The notes: generated by a model not told the origin, from the letters alone. Counted from the first letter of the stretch, positions 27,114-37,963 are shown. The stretch: DNA of 64,000 nucleotides from Nitrosopumilaceae archaeon (GCA_005798405.1 SYJQ01000006.1:43486-107485), one strand, 5' to 3'. Program-made: numbers and translations.

Positions 27114-28262
27114 TTGTCTAACATTCCACACGTATTAATTCTTGGTGGTGGTTTCGGAGGACTTTCTGCAGCAAATGAAATTAGGAATAATCTTTCATCA
27201 TCACAAGTTAAGATTACAATTATTGACAAAAAAGATTGGTTCATGGTAGGCTTTGCCAAACTTTGGATTATTAGAGGAACAAGAACATTTGAAAATTCAA
27301 TAGGTTCTCTGAATGAACTCTCAAAAAAAAATATTGATTTTTTAAAAGAGGAAATTCTTCAAATTGATCTTCAAAACAAAAACATTAAAACCACAACTAA
27401 AATTTTATCATATGACTTTCTGATTATTGCAATGGGTGCAGTATTAGCCCCTGAAAAAATTCCAGGATTATCAGAAAATGGAATGAATCTTTATGATCAT
27501 AATCAACTTACTGAAATTCATAATAAACTCAAAAAAATGAAATCTGGTAATATTGCCATATCAATTATGGGAATGCCTTACAAATGTCCCCCTGCACCAT
27601 TCGAGGCTAGTTTATTGATTGATTCCATGCTAAGAGAAGAAGGAGTCAGAGATTCAGTACAAATTCATTTCTACAGTCCAGCACCAATAACCCTACCTGC
27701 AGCTGGTCCAGAAATCAGCCAACAAATTCTTAACTTGATAAATTCTGAAAACATTATTTTTCATGATTCATGTAAAATAAAATCAGTTGAAAAAAATAAA
27801 TTAATTTTTCAAAATGGAGAAGCCAATTTTGATTTACTTCTTGCCATCCCTCCACATGTTGCACCTAAGGTAATTTATGATTCAGAATTAGCAAAAGAAG
27901 GTGGATTTATTCCAATTAATAGAAATTGTAAAACACAATTTGAAAATGTATATGCAGTAGGCGACGTAACTACTCTGACAGTTATTGATACAATTACTGT
28001 TCCAAAAGCAGGAATATTTGCAGAAGGAGAAGCAATAACAGTAGCACAAAATATTATGTCAAAAATACAATCTAAGACTGAATCTTCATTATTTGATGGA
28101 AAAGGAGGATGTTTTATTGAATCAGGAAGAGATACTGCATCATTAATTGAAGTAGATATGTTTTCAGAACCCAAACCAACAACAAAACTAACTGAATCTA
28201 CAACTAAACATCTTGATGAAAAAATACAATTTGAGAAAGAACGACTCTCAAAATGGTTATGA
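27114..28262 (+). CDS. FAD-dependent pyridine nucleotide-disulfide oxidoreductase, sulfide:quinone reductase-like
   Basis: ILGGGFGGLSAA, YKCPPAPFE, and VGDV near the C-terminus. Confidence 0.7.
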   Translation: MSNIPHVLILGGGFGGLSAANEIRNNLSSSQVKITIIDKKDWFMVGFAKLWIIRGTRTFENSIGSLNELSKKNIDFLKEEILQIDLQNKNIKTTTKILSYDFLIIAMGAVLAPEKIPGLSENGMNLYDHNQLTEIHNKLKKMKSGNIAISIMGMPYKCPPAPFEASLLIDSMLREEGVRDSVQIHFYSPAPITLPAAGPEISQQILNLINSENIIFHDSCKIKSVEKNKLIFQNGEANFDLLLAIPPHVAPKVIYDSELAKEGGFIPINRNCKTQFENVYAVGDVTTLTVIDTITVPKAGIFAEGEAITVAQNIMSKIQSKTESSLFDGKGGCFIESGRDTASLIEVDMFSEPKPTTKLTESTTKHLDEKIQFEKERLSKWL

Positions 28263-28472
28263 TTGATCATCTTTTTTATTTTCTTTTGTAAGATGTTCTA
28301 AAATTGCTCTTACCTCAATACCTAAATTTTGAGAATTTTTTGTCAGTTCTAATTTTTCGGGAATACTCCGTTTGAAATACTCATCCTCATACTCTATTCT
28401 TATTTTTTGAATGCAATCAAGATGATCCTGATCAGTTCCAGAAATTCGATGACAAATAGTACAAATTTTCAT
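28257..28472 (-). CDS. Hypothetical 71-aa protein
   Basis: ORF with a CTICH...HLDC pair. No family recognised. Confidence 0.4.
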   Translation of the reverse strand: MKICTICHRISGTDQDHLDCIQKIRIEYEDEYFKRSIPEKLELTKNSQNLGIEVRAILEHLTKENKKDDQS

Positions 28473-28496
28473 TAATTACTAATACTAACACGACGA

Positions 28497-28504
28497 TTTA
28501 ATAA
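28497..28504 (+). promoter_or_regulatory. TATA-box-like element (TTTAATAA) for tRNA-Pro
   Basis: Located about 25-32 nt upstream of the tRNA 5' end, the usual archaeal TATA distance. Confidence 0.4.
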
Positions 28505-28528
28505 TTTCATTTTGTGCTTCTCACATAA

Positions 28529-28602
28529 GGGGTCGTAGTCTAGCTTGGTATGATACTAGTCTGGGGGACTAGTGGTCGCAGGTTCAATTCCTGCCGGCCC
28601 CA
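28529..28602 (+). tRNA. tRNA-Pro (anticodon GGG), no intron, no encoded CCA
   Basis: Hand-folded cloverleaf. Acceptor stem GGGGTCG/CGGCCCC (one T-G wobble pair), anticodon stem CTAGT/ACTAG with loop CTGGGGG, T arm GCAGG-TTCAATT-CCTGC, discriminator A. Confidence 0.9.
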
Positions 28603-29364
28603 TTACAATTTTAATACATTTAGAATATCATCAAAACTTCTTCGTGTTTGTTCCTGCTTGTATACTCTTAAAACATCAATAATTTTTTGTTTTGGTGGAA
28701 TTTTGTAAATCCTTTGAACTTTTTTAGCAATACCTGAACCGATAAAAATAGCCTGCGTAATTGATGTCACATTTGATACTCTTCTGTTAACACTTGAACT
28801 TTCAAAATCAATTAAAGTTGATCTTGATTTTCCAACAATAACATGTTTTGAAATACTACTTAATTCACCATGATCAAATCCAATCTGATCTAATCTATAA
28901 CAATCTTCTAAAATAGTTCTAACTACAGATTTTAGTTTCTTTGAACTTCCTGCACCTTTCAGAGATTCTACCCAATTTTCAATTTTATCTCCTTCGAGAT
29001 ATTCCATTACTAAAAAATTTTTACTTACATCATATAATTTGGGTCCAACATTTACCGTATTTGCCAACTTGAGTAATTTTGCCTCACTTTGCATTTCACT
29101 TCTTTGAGAATCCAATCTCCTAATTTTCAATGCAATTACACTATTTCCTTTTTTTGCTAAGACTACTACTCCAACATAGCCCTTTCCTAAAATTTGTAAA
29201 CTACCAATTGTAGTTTGTCCAATAAATGACACTGACTTTATTTTTAATTTTTCTAATTCAGAAATTCTAGATTGAAGTTGACGTGAACTAGCCTTAGGAT
29301 AACCGAGAATTTTTGAATATGGTTCTTCTGTAAATTTTTTAATTGGAATGAAAGATTGTGTCAT
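28603..29364 (-). CDS. Predicted Ser/Thr protein kinase (RIO/Bud32-like fold) with N-terminal wHTH-like segment
   Basis: GKGYVGVVVLAKKGNSVIALKIRR (Gly-loop plus Lys), LVMEYLEG, FDHGELS...LIDFESS. It overlaps the cca 3' end by 26 nt. Confidence 0.6.
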   Translation of the reverse strand: MTQSFIPIKKFTEEPYSKILGYPKASSRQLQSRISELEKLKIKSVSFIGQTTIGSLQILGKGYVGVVVLAKKGNSVIALKIRRLDSQRSEMQSEAKLLKLANTVNVGPKLYDVSKNFLVMEYLEGDKIENWVESLKGAGSSKKLKSVVRTILEDCYRLDQIGFDHGELSSISKHVIVGKSRSTLIDFESSSVNRRVSNVTSITQAIFIGSGIAKKVQRIYKIPPKQKIIDVLRVYKQEQTRRSFDDILNVLKL

Positions 29365-30670
29365 CAGTTGAAATCATCTCTGAAATTACCTCTTTAATTG
29401 ATTTGCTTAAATTTTTGTTTCCAATGAAAACCCTAAATCCTTTCTGAAAATCACTTTGTAATCCTTTTGGGATTCCAGTTTGAAGATTATTTTTTAGTAA
29501 TTCTGTCATAAATTTCACTACATCACTATGTCTTCTCTTTTCAAGTGAAATAATTTTTTTATCATCACTGATCCACATTAGTTCAGTTTTTGCAATGTTT
29601 TTTGAAATAAAATTATCTGAATCACTTTCTCTAAAAAATTCAGGACCACTTTTAGAATAATTTTTTGGAATTTTAGTTGATTCTAAAAGGAAAAAAAGAT
29701 AAGCCTCATTTTGTTCATCTGAATACGATTTACTACGTAAAACATTGAAACCTCCTAATTCTAATTGTGTTGTAAGTGAAGTAGTTGCTCTCTTAACTTG
29801 TCCCCAAATAATATCTGGACTTCTCATCTTGAAATTAAATTTCACTACAAGAACATTTTCCCAATTATTTTTTGATGATTTCAATTTTTTAGGTTTAAAA
29901 AATTGGAATGTTGGATTACTTTGGAAAGATCTACAAGCCAAAACAAATTTACCTACATTCTCATTAGAAATTGCAGCAGCTAAATTCCTATTACTGTCTA
30001 TTGGGTCTACGATGATAATTGATGTTTCAAATACTTTTGATGTCTTTCCGATTATTTGATTTTGTTGAATTTTAGCAATTGATTTTATTACATTCTCAAA
30101 ACTACCAAAATTTAAGATTAAAACTTCTGATACATATCCACTAAAACCTTGTTTTGCAATTTCTGCTCCATAAATTTTAGTAAATTTTAGAAATGTTTTG
30201 AGAATCCTTACCTCATTTCTCATTTTAGGAGTAAGTGCATTTTGCATAAACTTTGTATGAAATGGAGACCTATCTGCAGAACTTTTCCATTCTCCTAAAT
30301 CTACGTCGTAGCAGGGAACTACATTAATTCTAGTTTTCTTAATTTTAGCCTCGACATAAGGATGTTCAGAATATCTTACATAGGGATCATACTTTTTCAT
30401 TGATTCAAAACCAACTTTTTTTGAAATTTCTATAAATTTTTCATCTGGAATTGATTTTTTAAATTTAATAAAAATATCAACATCTGCATCTTTTGATAAC
30501 CAGGTATCTTTAGCGTATGACCCTCCAAATTCCAATCCAGTTATTTCAGTATATTTTTTAATTTGATTTTCAACTAATGCAAAAGCTTCATCAGCGATTT
30601 GTTTTTTTACTTTTTTTACATTATTGGTTGGTATTACAGATTTTCCAATTTTAGAAATTATTTGTTTCAT
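29339..30670 (-). CDS. cca: CCA-adding enzyme (archaeal class I tRNA nucleotidyltransferase)
   Basis: GGSYAKDTWLSKDADVDIFIKF nucleotidyltransferase signature. Length about 440 aa. Confidence 0.9.
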   Translation of the reverse strand: MKQIISKIGKSVIPTNNVKKVKKQIADEAFALVENQIKKYTEITGLEFGGSYAKDTWLSKDADVDIFIKFKKSIPDEKFIEISKKVGFESMKKYDPYVRYSEHPYVEAKIKKTRINVVPCYDVDLGEWKSSADRSPFHTKFMQNALTPKMRNEVRILKTFLKFTKIYGAEIAKQGFSGYVSEVLILNFGSFENVIKSIAKIQQNQIIGKTSKVFETSIIIVDPIDSNRNLAAAISNENVGKFVLACRSFQSNPTFQFFKPKKLKSSKNNWENVLVVKFNFKMRSPDIIWGQVKRATTSLTTQLELGGFNVLRSKSYSDEQNEAYLFFLLESTKIPKNYSKSGPEFFRESDSDNFISKNIAKTELMWISDDKKIISLEKRRHSDVVKFMTELLKNNLQTGIPKGLQSDFQKGFRVFIGNKNLSKSIKEVISEMISTDDTIFHSN

Positions 30671-31221
30671 AATTCAGCCTTTACCTCCATTAAATCAGAA
30701 TATACTGGACCTTTTGAACTAAGAATGCTTTTTTTGAGTTTGAATCCTGTAATCTCCTGTGTTCCAAAATCAACTGATTTGAATTTATCCAATTCTTTAC
30801 TAATGTCTTCAATCTTGTTCTTAATTCTAAACACTGTGATATGAGGTTTAAACGGTTTATCAATGGAAAAACCCAACGGAGTTAATGCATTTTCTACTTT
30901 TTTTGCTAATTCTATCAATGAATTTCCGCCAATCTCATCAGTTCCAACCCAAATAACCCTTGGAAATTTTAATTTAGGAAAAGCACCAACATCTTTGAAA
31001 TTCACCTTAAAACTTGAAAATTTAACAGAATTTAATGACATCATTACTTTCTCCATCATTTCTTCTGATATCTCACCTAAAAATTGCAATGTAAAATGAA
31101 GATTATGTGGTTCTACAGGTTTAGCATTTATGTTAATTTCAGATTGAAATTTAGAAATCAAATTAATTATTTTATCCGAAGAAATTTCAATTGCCACAAA
31201 AGATCGCATTATGGTTTTCAT
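30667..31221 (-). CDS. thpR: RNA 2',3'-cyclic phosphodiesterase (2H/LigT family)
   Basis: Two HxT motifs (HFTLQFLG and HITVFR). 4-nt overlap with cca. Confidence 0.85.
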   Translation of the reverse strand: MKTIMRSFVAIEISSDKIINLISKFQSEININAKPVEPHNLHFTLQFLGEISEEMMEKVMMSLNSVKFSSFKVNFKDVGAFPKLKFPRVIWVGTDEIGGNSLIELAKKVENALTPLGFSIDKPFKPHITVFRIKNKIEDISKELDKFKSVDFGTQEITGFKLKKSILSSKGPVYSDLMEVKAEL

Positions 31222-31283
31222 TTAATTATGTTTTATAATAATTTCCGGTAGCTTCATAGACCAGCCAGATTTTTGTTCTGATA

Positions 31284-31832
31284 TTGACAAAACTAATTGT
31301 TTGCTTAACTGGTATGCCTGGAGCAGGTAAATCAACAATAGCTGATGGTCTGAAATCCAAAGGTTATGATATCATAAATATGGGTAATGCAGTTAGAGCA
31401 GAAGCTAAGAATAGAAATCTTGAACCAACTGGATATAATCTTGGTAAATTAATGCTTGAATTAAGAGAGAAAAATGGTCAAGGTGCAGTAGCAGAATTAG
31501 TAACACCACAAATTGAAAACTCAAGATCAAATGTAATTATAATTGATGGAATAAGATCTAATGCTGAAATAGAAGTTTTACGTAAATATGGAACAGTTAA
31601 GCTCCTAGCCATACATGCATCTACTAATACAAGATTTGGATTTTTAAAACAGAGAGGAAGATCTGATGATCCTCAAACAAAAGAAAATTTTGAAGAAAGA
31701 GACAGCCGTGAAATAGGTGTTGGCATTAGTAATTCAATTGCTTTATCTGATGAAACAATTTCTAACAATAACTTGACAAAAGATGAATTAATTGAATACT
31801 CCTTCAGAATCATTGAAGGTTGGATAGAATGA
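31284..31832 (+). CDS. P-loop nucleotide kinase-like protein (archaeal UPF0200 type)
   Basis: Walker A GMPGAGKST. The overall layout resembles adenylate/dephospho-CoA kinase-like archaeal proteins. Confidence 0.6.
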   Translation: MTKLIVCLTGMPGAGKSTIADGLKSKGYDIINMGNAVRAEAKNRNLEPTGYNLGKLMLELREKNGQGAVAELVTPQIENSRSNVIIIDGIRSNAEIEVLRKYGTVKLLAIHASTNTRFGFLKQRGRSDDPQTKENFEERDSREIGVGISNSIALSDETISNNNLTKDELIEYSFRIIEGWIE

Positions 31833-32227
31833 GATCTCCTAACATTAGTTGTAAAATAGAAATACTTTCTTCAATTAATTCATCTGAAGATCCAAAAAAA
31901 ATTGAAACAGCCATTTTGAATATATTTCCAAATGCCAAAATTAAAATTGATGATTTTTCTATAACATCAAATTCTAAAGATTTGTATTTACTAGAAAAAA
32001 TATATGATGTAATTCATTCTAATCAATCTCAAAAAATCTATCAAAGACAACTCGAAAAAAATTTAGATCATGATTCTACTTGGTTTTATCTTAATAAACA
32101 AGCTGCATTTGTTGGAACTATAGCTTTATGCGAAGAAGCAGAAGAATCACCGTTAGGACCAATTAAAGTGATCTTGACCTCTTCTAATATTGATAGAATC
32201 ATTGATTGGTTAATTCTTAAAAATTAG
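31820..32227 (+). CDS. Hypothetical protein, possibly the RNA-binding UPF0201-type partner of the preceding kinase-like gene
   Basis: 13-nt overlap with the upstream gene. Its size and position recall the UPF0200/UPF0201 pair in archaea. Weak. Confidence 0.4.
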   Translation: MDRMRSPNISCKIEILSSINSSEDPKKIETAILNIFPNAKIKIDDFSITSNSKDLYLLEKIYDVIHSNQSQKIYQRQLEKNLDHDSTWFYLNKQAAFVGTIALCEEAEESPLGPIKVILTSSNIDRIIDWLILKN

Positions 32228-32302
32228 TCAAATTAGGTACAAATTCTTAATGAAAACACATATTCTATATAATTAATAAAATATTTTTGATTACGTTTGA
32301 TT

Positions 32303-33019
32303 TCATTTAAAAATCGAAACAAATTCTGGAAGTGCCATAACACTAGTACTCCTTATTGAAAAATCCATATCTGATGACATTATTGTTTCATCTGGATTTA
32401 TTTCAATTATAATTGCGTTATTTTGTTTGGCATAAATTGGTAAAGTATTTGCAGGCGATACTACTAAAGATGTACCTACAACCACCATTACATCACATTT
32501 ACTTGCATGAATCATTGCTTCTTGCCAAATATCTTTAGGAAGAGATTCTCCAAACCACACTACATCAGGTCTTAGAATATTTCCACATTTGCATAAAGGT
32601 GGCATATCTGTGAATTCAGTTAAAATCTCACTTTTAAAGTCACAAACCGAACATTTTATTTTTACAATACTACCATGTAGCTCTAATACATCTGTACTTC
32701 CTGCTTTTTGATGAAGCCCATCAATATTTTGAGTTAATACAACAACTTCTACAAATTTTTCTAATTCAGCTATTGCCTTATGTCCTAAATTAGGTTCTGC
32801 AGAAAAAATATTCTTCCTTCTTTCATTATACCATTCCCAAACTAATTTTGGATTATCATAAAATGCATTAATTGTAGCCAATTTCATTACATCATAATTT
32901 CTCCATAATCCATCTTTTCCTCTAAAAGTAGGAATACCACTTTCTTGTGATATCCCCGCACCTGTGACAAATGCAATTCTTTTAGCATCTTTTAGCTTTT
33001 TTGTAATTTGGCCAAACAT
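32303..33019 (-). CDS. cobB: NAD-dependent protein deacylase, Sir2 family
   Basis: GAGISQESGIPTFRGKDGLW, QNIDGLH, and a zinc module (CSVC...CKCG). Confidence 0.9.
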   Translation of the reverse strand: MFGQITKKLKDAKRIAFVTGAGISQESGIPTFRGKDGLWRNYDVMKLATINAFYDNPKLVWEWYNERRKNIFSAEPNLGHKAIAELEKFVEVVVLTQNIDGLHQKAGSTDVLELHGSIVKIKCSVCDFKSEILTEFTDMPPLCKCGNILRPDVVWFGESLPKDIWQEAMIHASKCDVMVVVGTSLVVSPANTLPIYAKQNNAIIIEINPDETIMSSDMDFSIRSTSVMALPEFVSIFK

Positions 33020-33026
33020 TTTTTGT

Positions 33027-33926
33027 CTATTTTATCTCAATTTCTAAAAAATCTTTTGCTGTAATAACTGAATTATGAATTTGTTTTGCTTCTTCCAAAT
33101 GTCCAATTTCATCTTTATATCTAGCAGAAAAATGAGTTAAAATCAGATTTTTCACTTTTGCATTCTTAGCTAAAATAGCTGCTTGTTTAGCTGTTGAATG
33201 GCTTGTTTCTGCTGCCTTTTCTTTGATTTCATCTAAAAACGTTGAATCAAATACCAAATAATCACAACCTTCAAAGAATTTTTCTAATTCTTTAGTTGGC
33301 ATTGTATCTCCTGAAATTCCAATTTTTTTACCTGGTCTTTTTTCTCCCAATACTTGTTCTGGAACAATAACTCTATGTCCAACTTTAACTTCCATTCCAT
33401 TTTGCAATTGATTCCATAATTTACCTTCAGGAATTTCTAAAGCCTTAGCTTTTTCTAGATTGAATCTGCCTGGCTTATCTTTTTCTTCAAAACGATATGA
33501 GTATGTGATAACTGAATGATTAGCTTTACATGCATATATTGAATAAATTTTTGAATCAAATATTATTCCTTCACTAACAGTTGTAATCATAACTGGAAAT
33601 GATAATCCAAAATTTAATATTTTGATATTTGCAGCTATGAATTCTTCTATTCCATTAGGTCCGTAAATTTCTAAAGGTTCAGTTCTATGTTGCATTGTCA
33701 TTGTTTGAAGTAATCCTAATAATCCAATACAATGATCACCATGAAGATGTGTAACAAAAATTTTCATTTTTTTATTCCAACCTAATCCCGATTTCAAATA
33801 AGAAATTTGTGCTGCTTCCCCCGCATCAAACATAAGAATTTCACCATCTCTCTCTAAACAAATACATGAAAGACCTCTGTTTTCAGTAGGTTGAGCAGCT
33901 GAAGTTCCTAAAAATATTATTTTCAT
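33027..33926 (-). CDS. rnz: Ribonuclease Z (tRNA 3' endonuclease)
   Basis: Metallo-beta-lactamase motif THLHGDH, an N-terminal [10 protein letters not shown], and C-terminal LTHFSARY. Confidence 0.85.
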   Translation of the reverse strand: MKIIFLGTSAAQPTENRGLSCICLERDGEILMFDAGEAAQISYLKSGLGWNKKMKIFVTHLHGDHCIGLLGLLQTMTMQHRTEPLEIYGPNGIEEFIAANIKILNFGLSFPVMITTVSEGIIFDSKIYSIYACKANHSVITYSYRFEEKDKPGRFNLEKAKALEIPEGKLWNQLQNGMEVKVGHRVIVPEQVLGEKRPGKKIGISGDTMPTKELEKFFEGCDYLVFDSTFLDEIKEKAAETSHSTAKQAAILAKNAKVKNLILTHFSARYKDEIGHLEEAKQIHNSVITAKDFLEIEIK

Positions 33927-34870
33927 TTTATCAAAATTGTCCTTGTCAAGCTTTTATGCCTATAGATTTCATATTTCTTTATTGGATTAATCTTTAATTT
34001 TTTTTCAAATCCTTTTTTACACATAATAGCTATTTTCTTACGCTTAGGTAAAATTGATACAAATTTTTTTATCAATTCCTCAGGATTTTCTGATGATTTA
34101 GATGCAGTTCCATAAGGCAGATCTGTAACAATTCCATCAAATTCATCAAGTATTTTTAATAATTGACTAAAATCTGCCTTAATTATTTTTGATTTGTATC
34201 CATTTGCATCTAAATTTTCTTTCGAAATATTATACATTTTTTCATCAAAATCTAATCCAATTGCATGAATTCCCATTGATTCAGCTTCTAACAATGTGGT
34301 GCCAGTACCACAAAATGGATCACATACTGTTTGTCCTTCTTTCAATCCAATTAAATTTATCATCACTCTTGTAAGTTTCCAATCTAATTCGTGTGGATAT
34401 TTTTTAATTTTTTTTGGTCTCTTTTCAATTTCAAATCTTTTTGAGAACCCAAAAAAATTTTCATGTTCAGTAAAAAGTAGATATATTGTAATATCTGGAT
34501 TCTCAAGAGATACTTGAGCCTTAGAAAACTTTGTTATCATATCACCCATCGCTCTTTCTAATTCAGGTATGTTAAATTGATTTGATGATAAATTAATTAT
34601 TCTACAAACAAAAGTTTTGGCATTTTTTAAAACCTGAAAATTCTCTTCATCTAAAAATAATCCTGACATTTTACGTAAGATTTGACCCGAAATTTTTACA
34701 AAAGTTGCACGTTTTGTAATTTGTTCCCAATTTGTTTTTGATTGTATTATTACTAAATTTGATAATACCTTCACTTTTGCAAATCTATCATATGTTTTTG
34801 CAAGTGAAATTACCTCATCAATTGCAATTTCTAGATTATCTTTAGATAACACAAAAAAACTTTCTGGCAT
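33923..34870 (-). CDS. THUMP-domain tRNA (guanine-N2)-methyltransferase (Trm-G10/Trm11-like)
   Basis: SAM motif [13 protein letters not shown] and catalytic DLPYG, with an N-terminal THUMP-like region. Confidence 0.8.
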   Translation of the reverse strand: MPESFFVLSKDNLEIAIDEVISLAKTYDRFAKVKVLSNLVIIQSKTNWEQITKRATFVKISGQILRKMSGLFLDEENFQVLKNAKTFVCRIINLSSNQFNIPELERAMGDMITKFSKAQVSLENPDITIYLLFTEHENFFGFSKRFEIEKRPKKIKKYPHELDWKLTRVMINLIGLKEGQTVCDPFCGTGTTLLEAESMGIHAIGLDFDEKMYNISKENLDANGYKSKIIKADFSQLLKILDEFDGIVTDLPYGTASKSSENPEELIKKFVSILPKRKKIAIMCKKGFEKKLKINPIKKYEIYRHKSLTRTILIK

Positions 34871-35748
34871 TATATTATTGCCTTTGCAATTGTTCCTGAA
34901 ACATCAACTATCGATGTTTTTCCAGGAATTGTATTTGTACTAACTATTTTTGTAACTCCTGATTTTTTAATTTTCTTTTCAGCATCATTTCTAAGTAAAG
35001 CATGAGTACAAGCCACAAATACTCGATTACATTTTTGTTTTTTAAGAAATTCTGTAGCCTTGATTACACTTCCACCAGTGCTGATCATATCATCCACTAA
35101 AATCAAATCCCTGCCTATTATCTCATCAAAATTTGTAGATTTGATTTCAACTTTTCCAGTCTTACGATCACGTTGTTTTTCAAGAAATATGTATTCTGTA
35201 TTCAAAAGTCTGGCAAATTCTTTTGCTCTCTCTTTTCCACCTTGATCAGGAGAAACAACAAGAGGATTTTTTAATTTTAGTTTTGAAAAATATTTTACTA
35301 GATCTGAAATTGCTGATACATTCTCTGATTTTATATTAAAATACTTTAAACCAATCATACTGTGAATATCTACAACAATAATTCTAGATGTTCCTACACT
35401 TTTGAATAAATTTGCAATGACCTTCATTGTTATTACTTCTCCAGGCAAGAATTCTCTATCTTGACGAGCATAACCCATGTACGGTATTACTGCAATAACT
35501 TCAGTTCCATATTCCTTAGCTTTTGAAATTATTGATAATGTTTGAATAAGATTTTCATCCACAGGTGGATATGTTGATTGAATGACAATAATTTTGTTCT
35601 TTTGAGGTCTTCCTTTCAATGTAATTTTACTTTCACCGTCTGGGAAAATTCTTAACTGAGATTTTAATAAATTGGCCCCTAACTTTTTTGCTAACTTTTT
35701 TGCGAGTTCTTCAGATGAAGTTCCAGATATAACAGTAAATTTTGTCAA
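34870..35748 (-). CDS. prs: Ribose-phosphate pyrophosphokinase
   Basis: PRPP-binding loop (LILVDDMISTGGS) and YMGYARQD. Confidence 0.9.
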   Translation of the reverse strand: MTKFTVISGTSSEELAKKLAKKLGANLLKSQLRIFPDGESKITLKGRPQKNKIIVIQSTYPPVDENLIQTLSIISKAKEYGTEVIAVIPYMGYARQDREFLPGEVITMKVIANLFKSVGTSRIIVVDIHSMIGLKYFNIKSENVSAISDLVKYFSKLKLKNPLVVSPDQGGKERAKEFARLLNTEYIFLEKQRDRKTGKVEIKSTNFDEIIGRDLILVDDMISTGGSVIKATEFLKKQKCNRVFVACTHALLRNDAEKKIKKSGVTKIVSTNTIPGKTSIVDVSGTIAKAII

Positions 35749-35951
35749 TAGTTCAACGACAAAGAAGGGGTTCTTAAATTTTGAGGATATTGTGGATCAT
35801 TACTTTTACCACCTGCATTTCTATACGTGGAAATAATCACTGAAATTTACAAGTAACTGATAACTCTTAACAATATCAACTCAAGTGTAGATTAATTCTA
35901 AAATATTATGAAATATCAATACAAATTATTAGTTTATTATAATTATAATTA

Positions 35952-36650
35952 ATGATAATTTCTACAAGGATAATTAATAGAACCTTTTTAAAACAACAAT
36001 CGATTTGTTCTCTATTGAATTTTAAAAATTCAGCAGTATTATTATTAATAATTCCAGGATTTCTTGGTACTGCATTTGGTCATACAATTGATTCTGTTGA
36101 AGAATATAGGTTAGAAATTGGTTGGATGAATGAGCCTGTTGTTTCTGGAGAAACCAATGGAATTGAATTATTTATCAGTCCTCTTGAACCTGGATTGGAA
36201 CTAAAAGACCAAAAATTCAAAGAAGGCATACCTGGACTTGAAAAATCATTAAAAATACAATTATTATACAAAGAAGAAAAAATAATTCTTCCTTTATCAC
36301 CAGATCATAATATTCCTGGAAAATATTATGCATTTGTTAATCCCACAATATCAGGATTTTATCAAGTAAATGTTTTGGGAAATATCAGAGAAACTCCTAT
36401 TAGTTTATCTATGCACCCACCAAAAGTCGATGAACGGTCTTATATTGAATTTCCAGAACCATCCGATATTACATTAAACCAATTAATTGGTGGACATACT
36501 GCACTTGTTGGGGAAATTAATGATCTTAAAGAATCAGTCATTAAACTAGAACAATCAAACCAACAAATGAATATTGGATATGTTGGAATTAGTATTGGAA
36601 TTATAGGAATTATTATTGCCTCCATTGCTCTTTCCAGAACAAAAAAATAG
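35952..36650 (+). CDS. Secreted, C-terminally membrane-anchored protein of unknown function
   Basis: Signal-like LLLIIPGFLGTAFG followed by HTID, and a C-terminal TM helix (IGYVGISIGIIGIIIASIALS) plus RTKK. Confidence 0.55.
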   Translation: MIISTRIINRTFLKQQSICSLLNFKNSAVLLLIIPGFLGTAFGHTIDSVEEYRLEIGWMNEPVVSGETNGIELFISPLEPGLELKDQKFKEGIPGLEKSLKIQLLYKEEKIILPLSPDHNIPGKYYAFVNPTISGFYQVNVLGNIRETPISLSMHPPKVDERSYIEFPEPSDITLNQLIGGHTALVGEINDLKESVIKLEQSNQQMNIGYVGISIGIIGIIIASIALSRTKK

Positions 36651-36673
36651 TAACAGTATCAAAAAATTTAATT

Positions 36674-37963
36674 TTATTCTAATTTTATTTTACTCTTTTC
36701 ATATAATAGATAAAAAACTGTACCGATGACTATTATCATAAGACCAATAAGAACTACTTGAATTTGAAATTGAAATGCCATATAGATTGAAATTCCCAAT
36801 CCAAACACTGGTAAAATTGGAAATTTACCAATATTGATAGGAACTTTGAATTTTCGTTCAATATTTGGTTCTGTATATCGAAGAACAATAACAACCAAAT
36901 TTACTACTGCAAAAGTTATTACAACTGCAAAAACCGTAATATTTGCTACTATTACAATATCACCAATAAAAGAAAAACCAATAGATATGAGCATGATTAC
37001 AATAATTGCAATCCATGGCGTTTTAGTTTTAGAATGAACTTTTGCAAGAATATCTGGAAATGATTTTTCTCTTGCCATTCCATAAATTATTCTAGAGCCA
37101 GCTACAAGTGTAATCAACACTGTATTTGTTATAGCAAAAAGTGCAATTCCAGAAAATATTATGTGACCTTGAGTGCCTAGTCCTCTTTTTGCCACATCTG
37201 CTAATGGTGCAGCTGACAATGAGAGATCTTCCCAATTAATTACTCTGACTACAGCTAAAGAAACTAATACATAAATTATTCCTGATATAATAACCGACAA
37301 AATTATTGCCCTCGGAATTACTTTTTTGGGATTTCGTACTTCTTCTGCAACATTTGCCATATCCTCAAATCCAATAAATGCGAAAAAAATCAACACAAAT
37401 GCAATTATGATTCCTGTTAATCCAGTTGGACTTTCAAAATAGTTAACTGGTTCTGGTTCACTAATAGTAAAACCAATTATAATAATCAGAATTAATCCAG
37501 ATACTTCAATAATTGTAAAAACTGTATTTGCCCATGACGATTCTCTAATACCTATGAAATTTACTAATGAAAGAATTCCTATCAGTATAATTGCAGATAT
37601 TATTATTGGAATATTCAAAAATTCTGCAAAATATCCACCAAATCCTAAGGCAACAGTTGCTGCCATAATCATAGATGTAATTACAGTTAACCATCCAATA
37701 ATAAAAGCAAAAAAATTATTTTTAAATGCATTTTTTATGAATGTGTATTCTGCAGCTGCTTTAGGAAACATTGATGATAATTCTGCATAACTAAGTCCAG
37801 CAAATAATGCAACGATAGATCCTAAAACAAATGCAATCCATACAGAATCTCCAGCTAAACCTGTAGCCTCTCCTATCAATACATAAATTCCAGCACCAAG
37901 AATTAGCCCTACTCCATACATAGTAAGATGGAAAAGTCCCATTCCACGCTTTAGTTCAAACAT
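36674..37963 (-). CDS. Amino acid/polyamine (APC superfamily) permease
   Basis: About 12 TM helices and an N-terminal GAGIYVLIGEA motif. Confidence 0.85.
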   Translation of the reverse strand: MFELKRGMGLFHLTMYGVGLILGAGIYVLIGEATGLAGDSVWIAFVLGSIVALFAGLSYAELSSMFPKAAAEYTFIKNAFKNNFFAFIIGWLTVITSMIMAATVALGFGGYFAEFLNIPIIISAIILIGILSLVNFIGIRESSWANTVFTIIEVSGLILIIIIGFTISEPEPVNYFESPTGLTGIIIAFVLIFFAFIGFEDMANVAEEVRNPKKVIPRAIILSVIISGIIYVLVSLAVVRVINWEDLSLSAAPLADVAKRGLGTQGHIIFSGIALFAITNTVLITLVAGSRIIYGMAREKSFPDILAKVHSKTKTPWIAIIVIMLISIGFSFIGDIVIVANITVFAVVITFAVVNLVVIVLRYTEPNIERKFKVPINIGKFPILPVFGLGISIYMAFQFQIQVVLIGLMIIVIGTVFYLLYEKSKIKLE

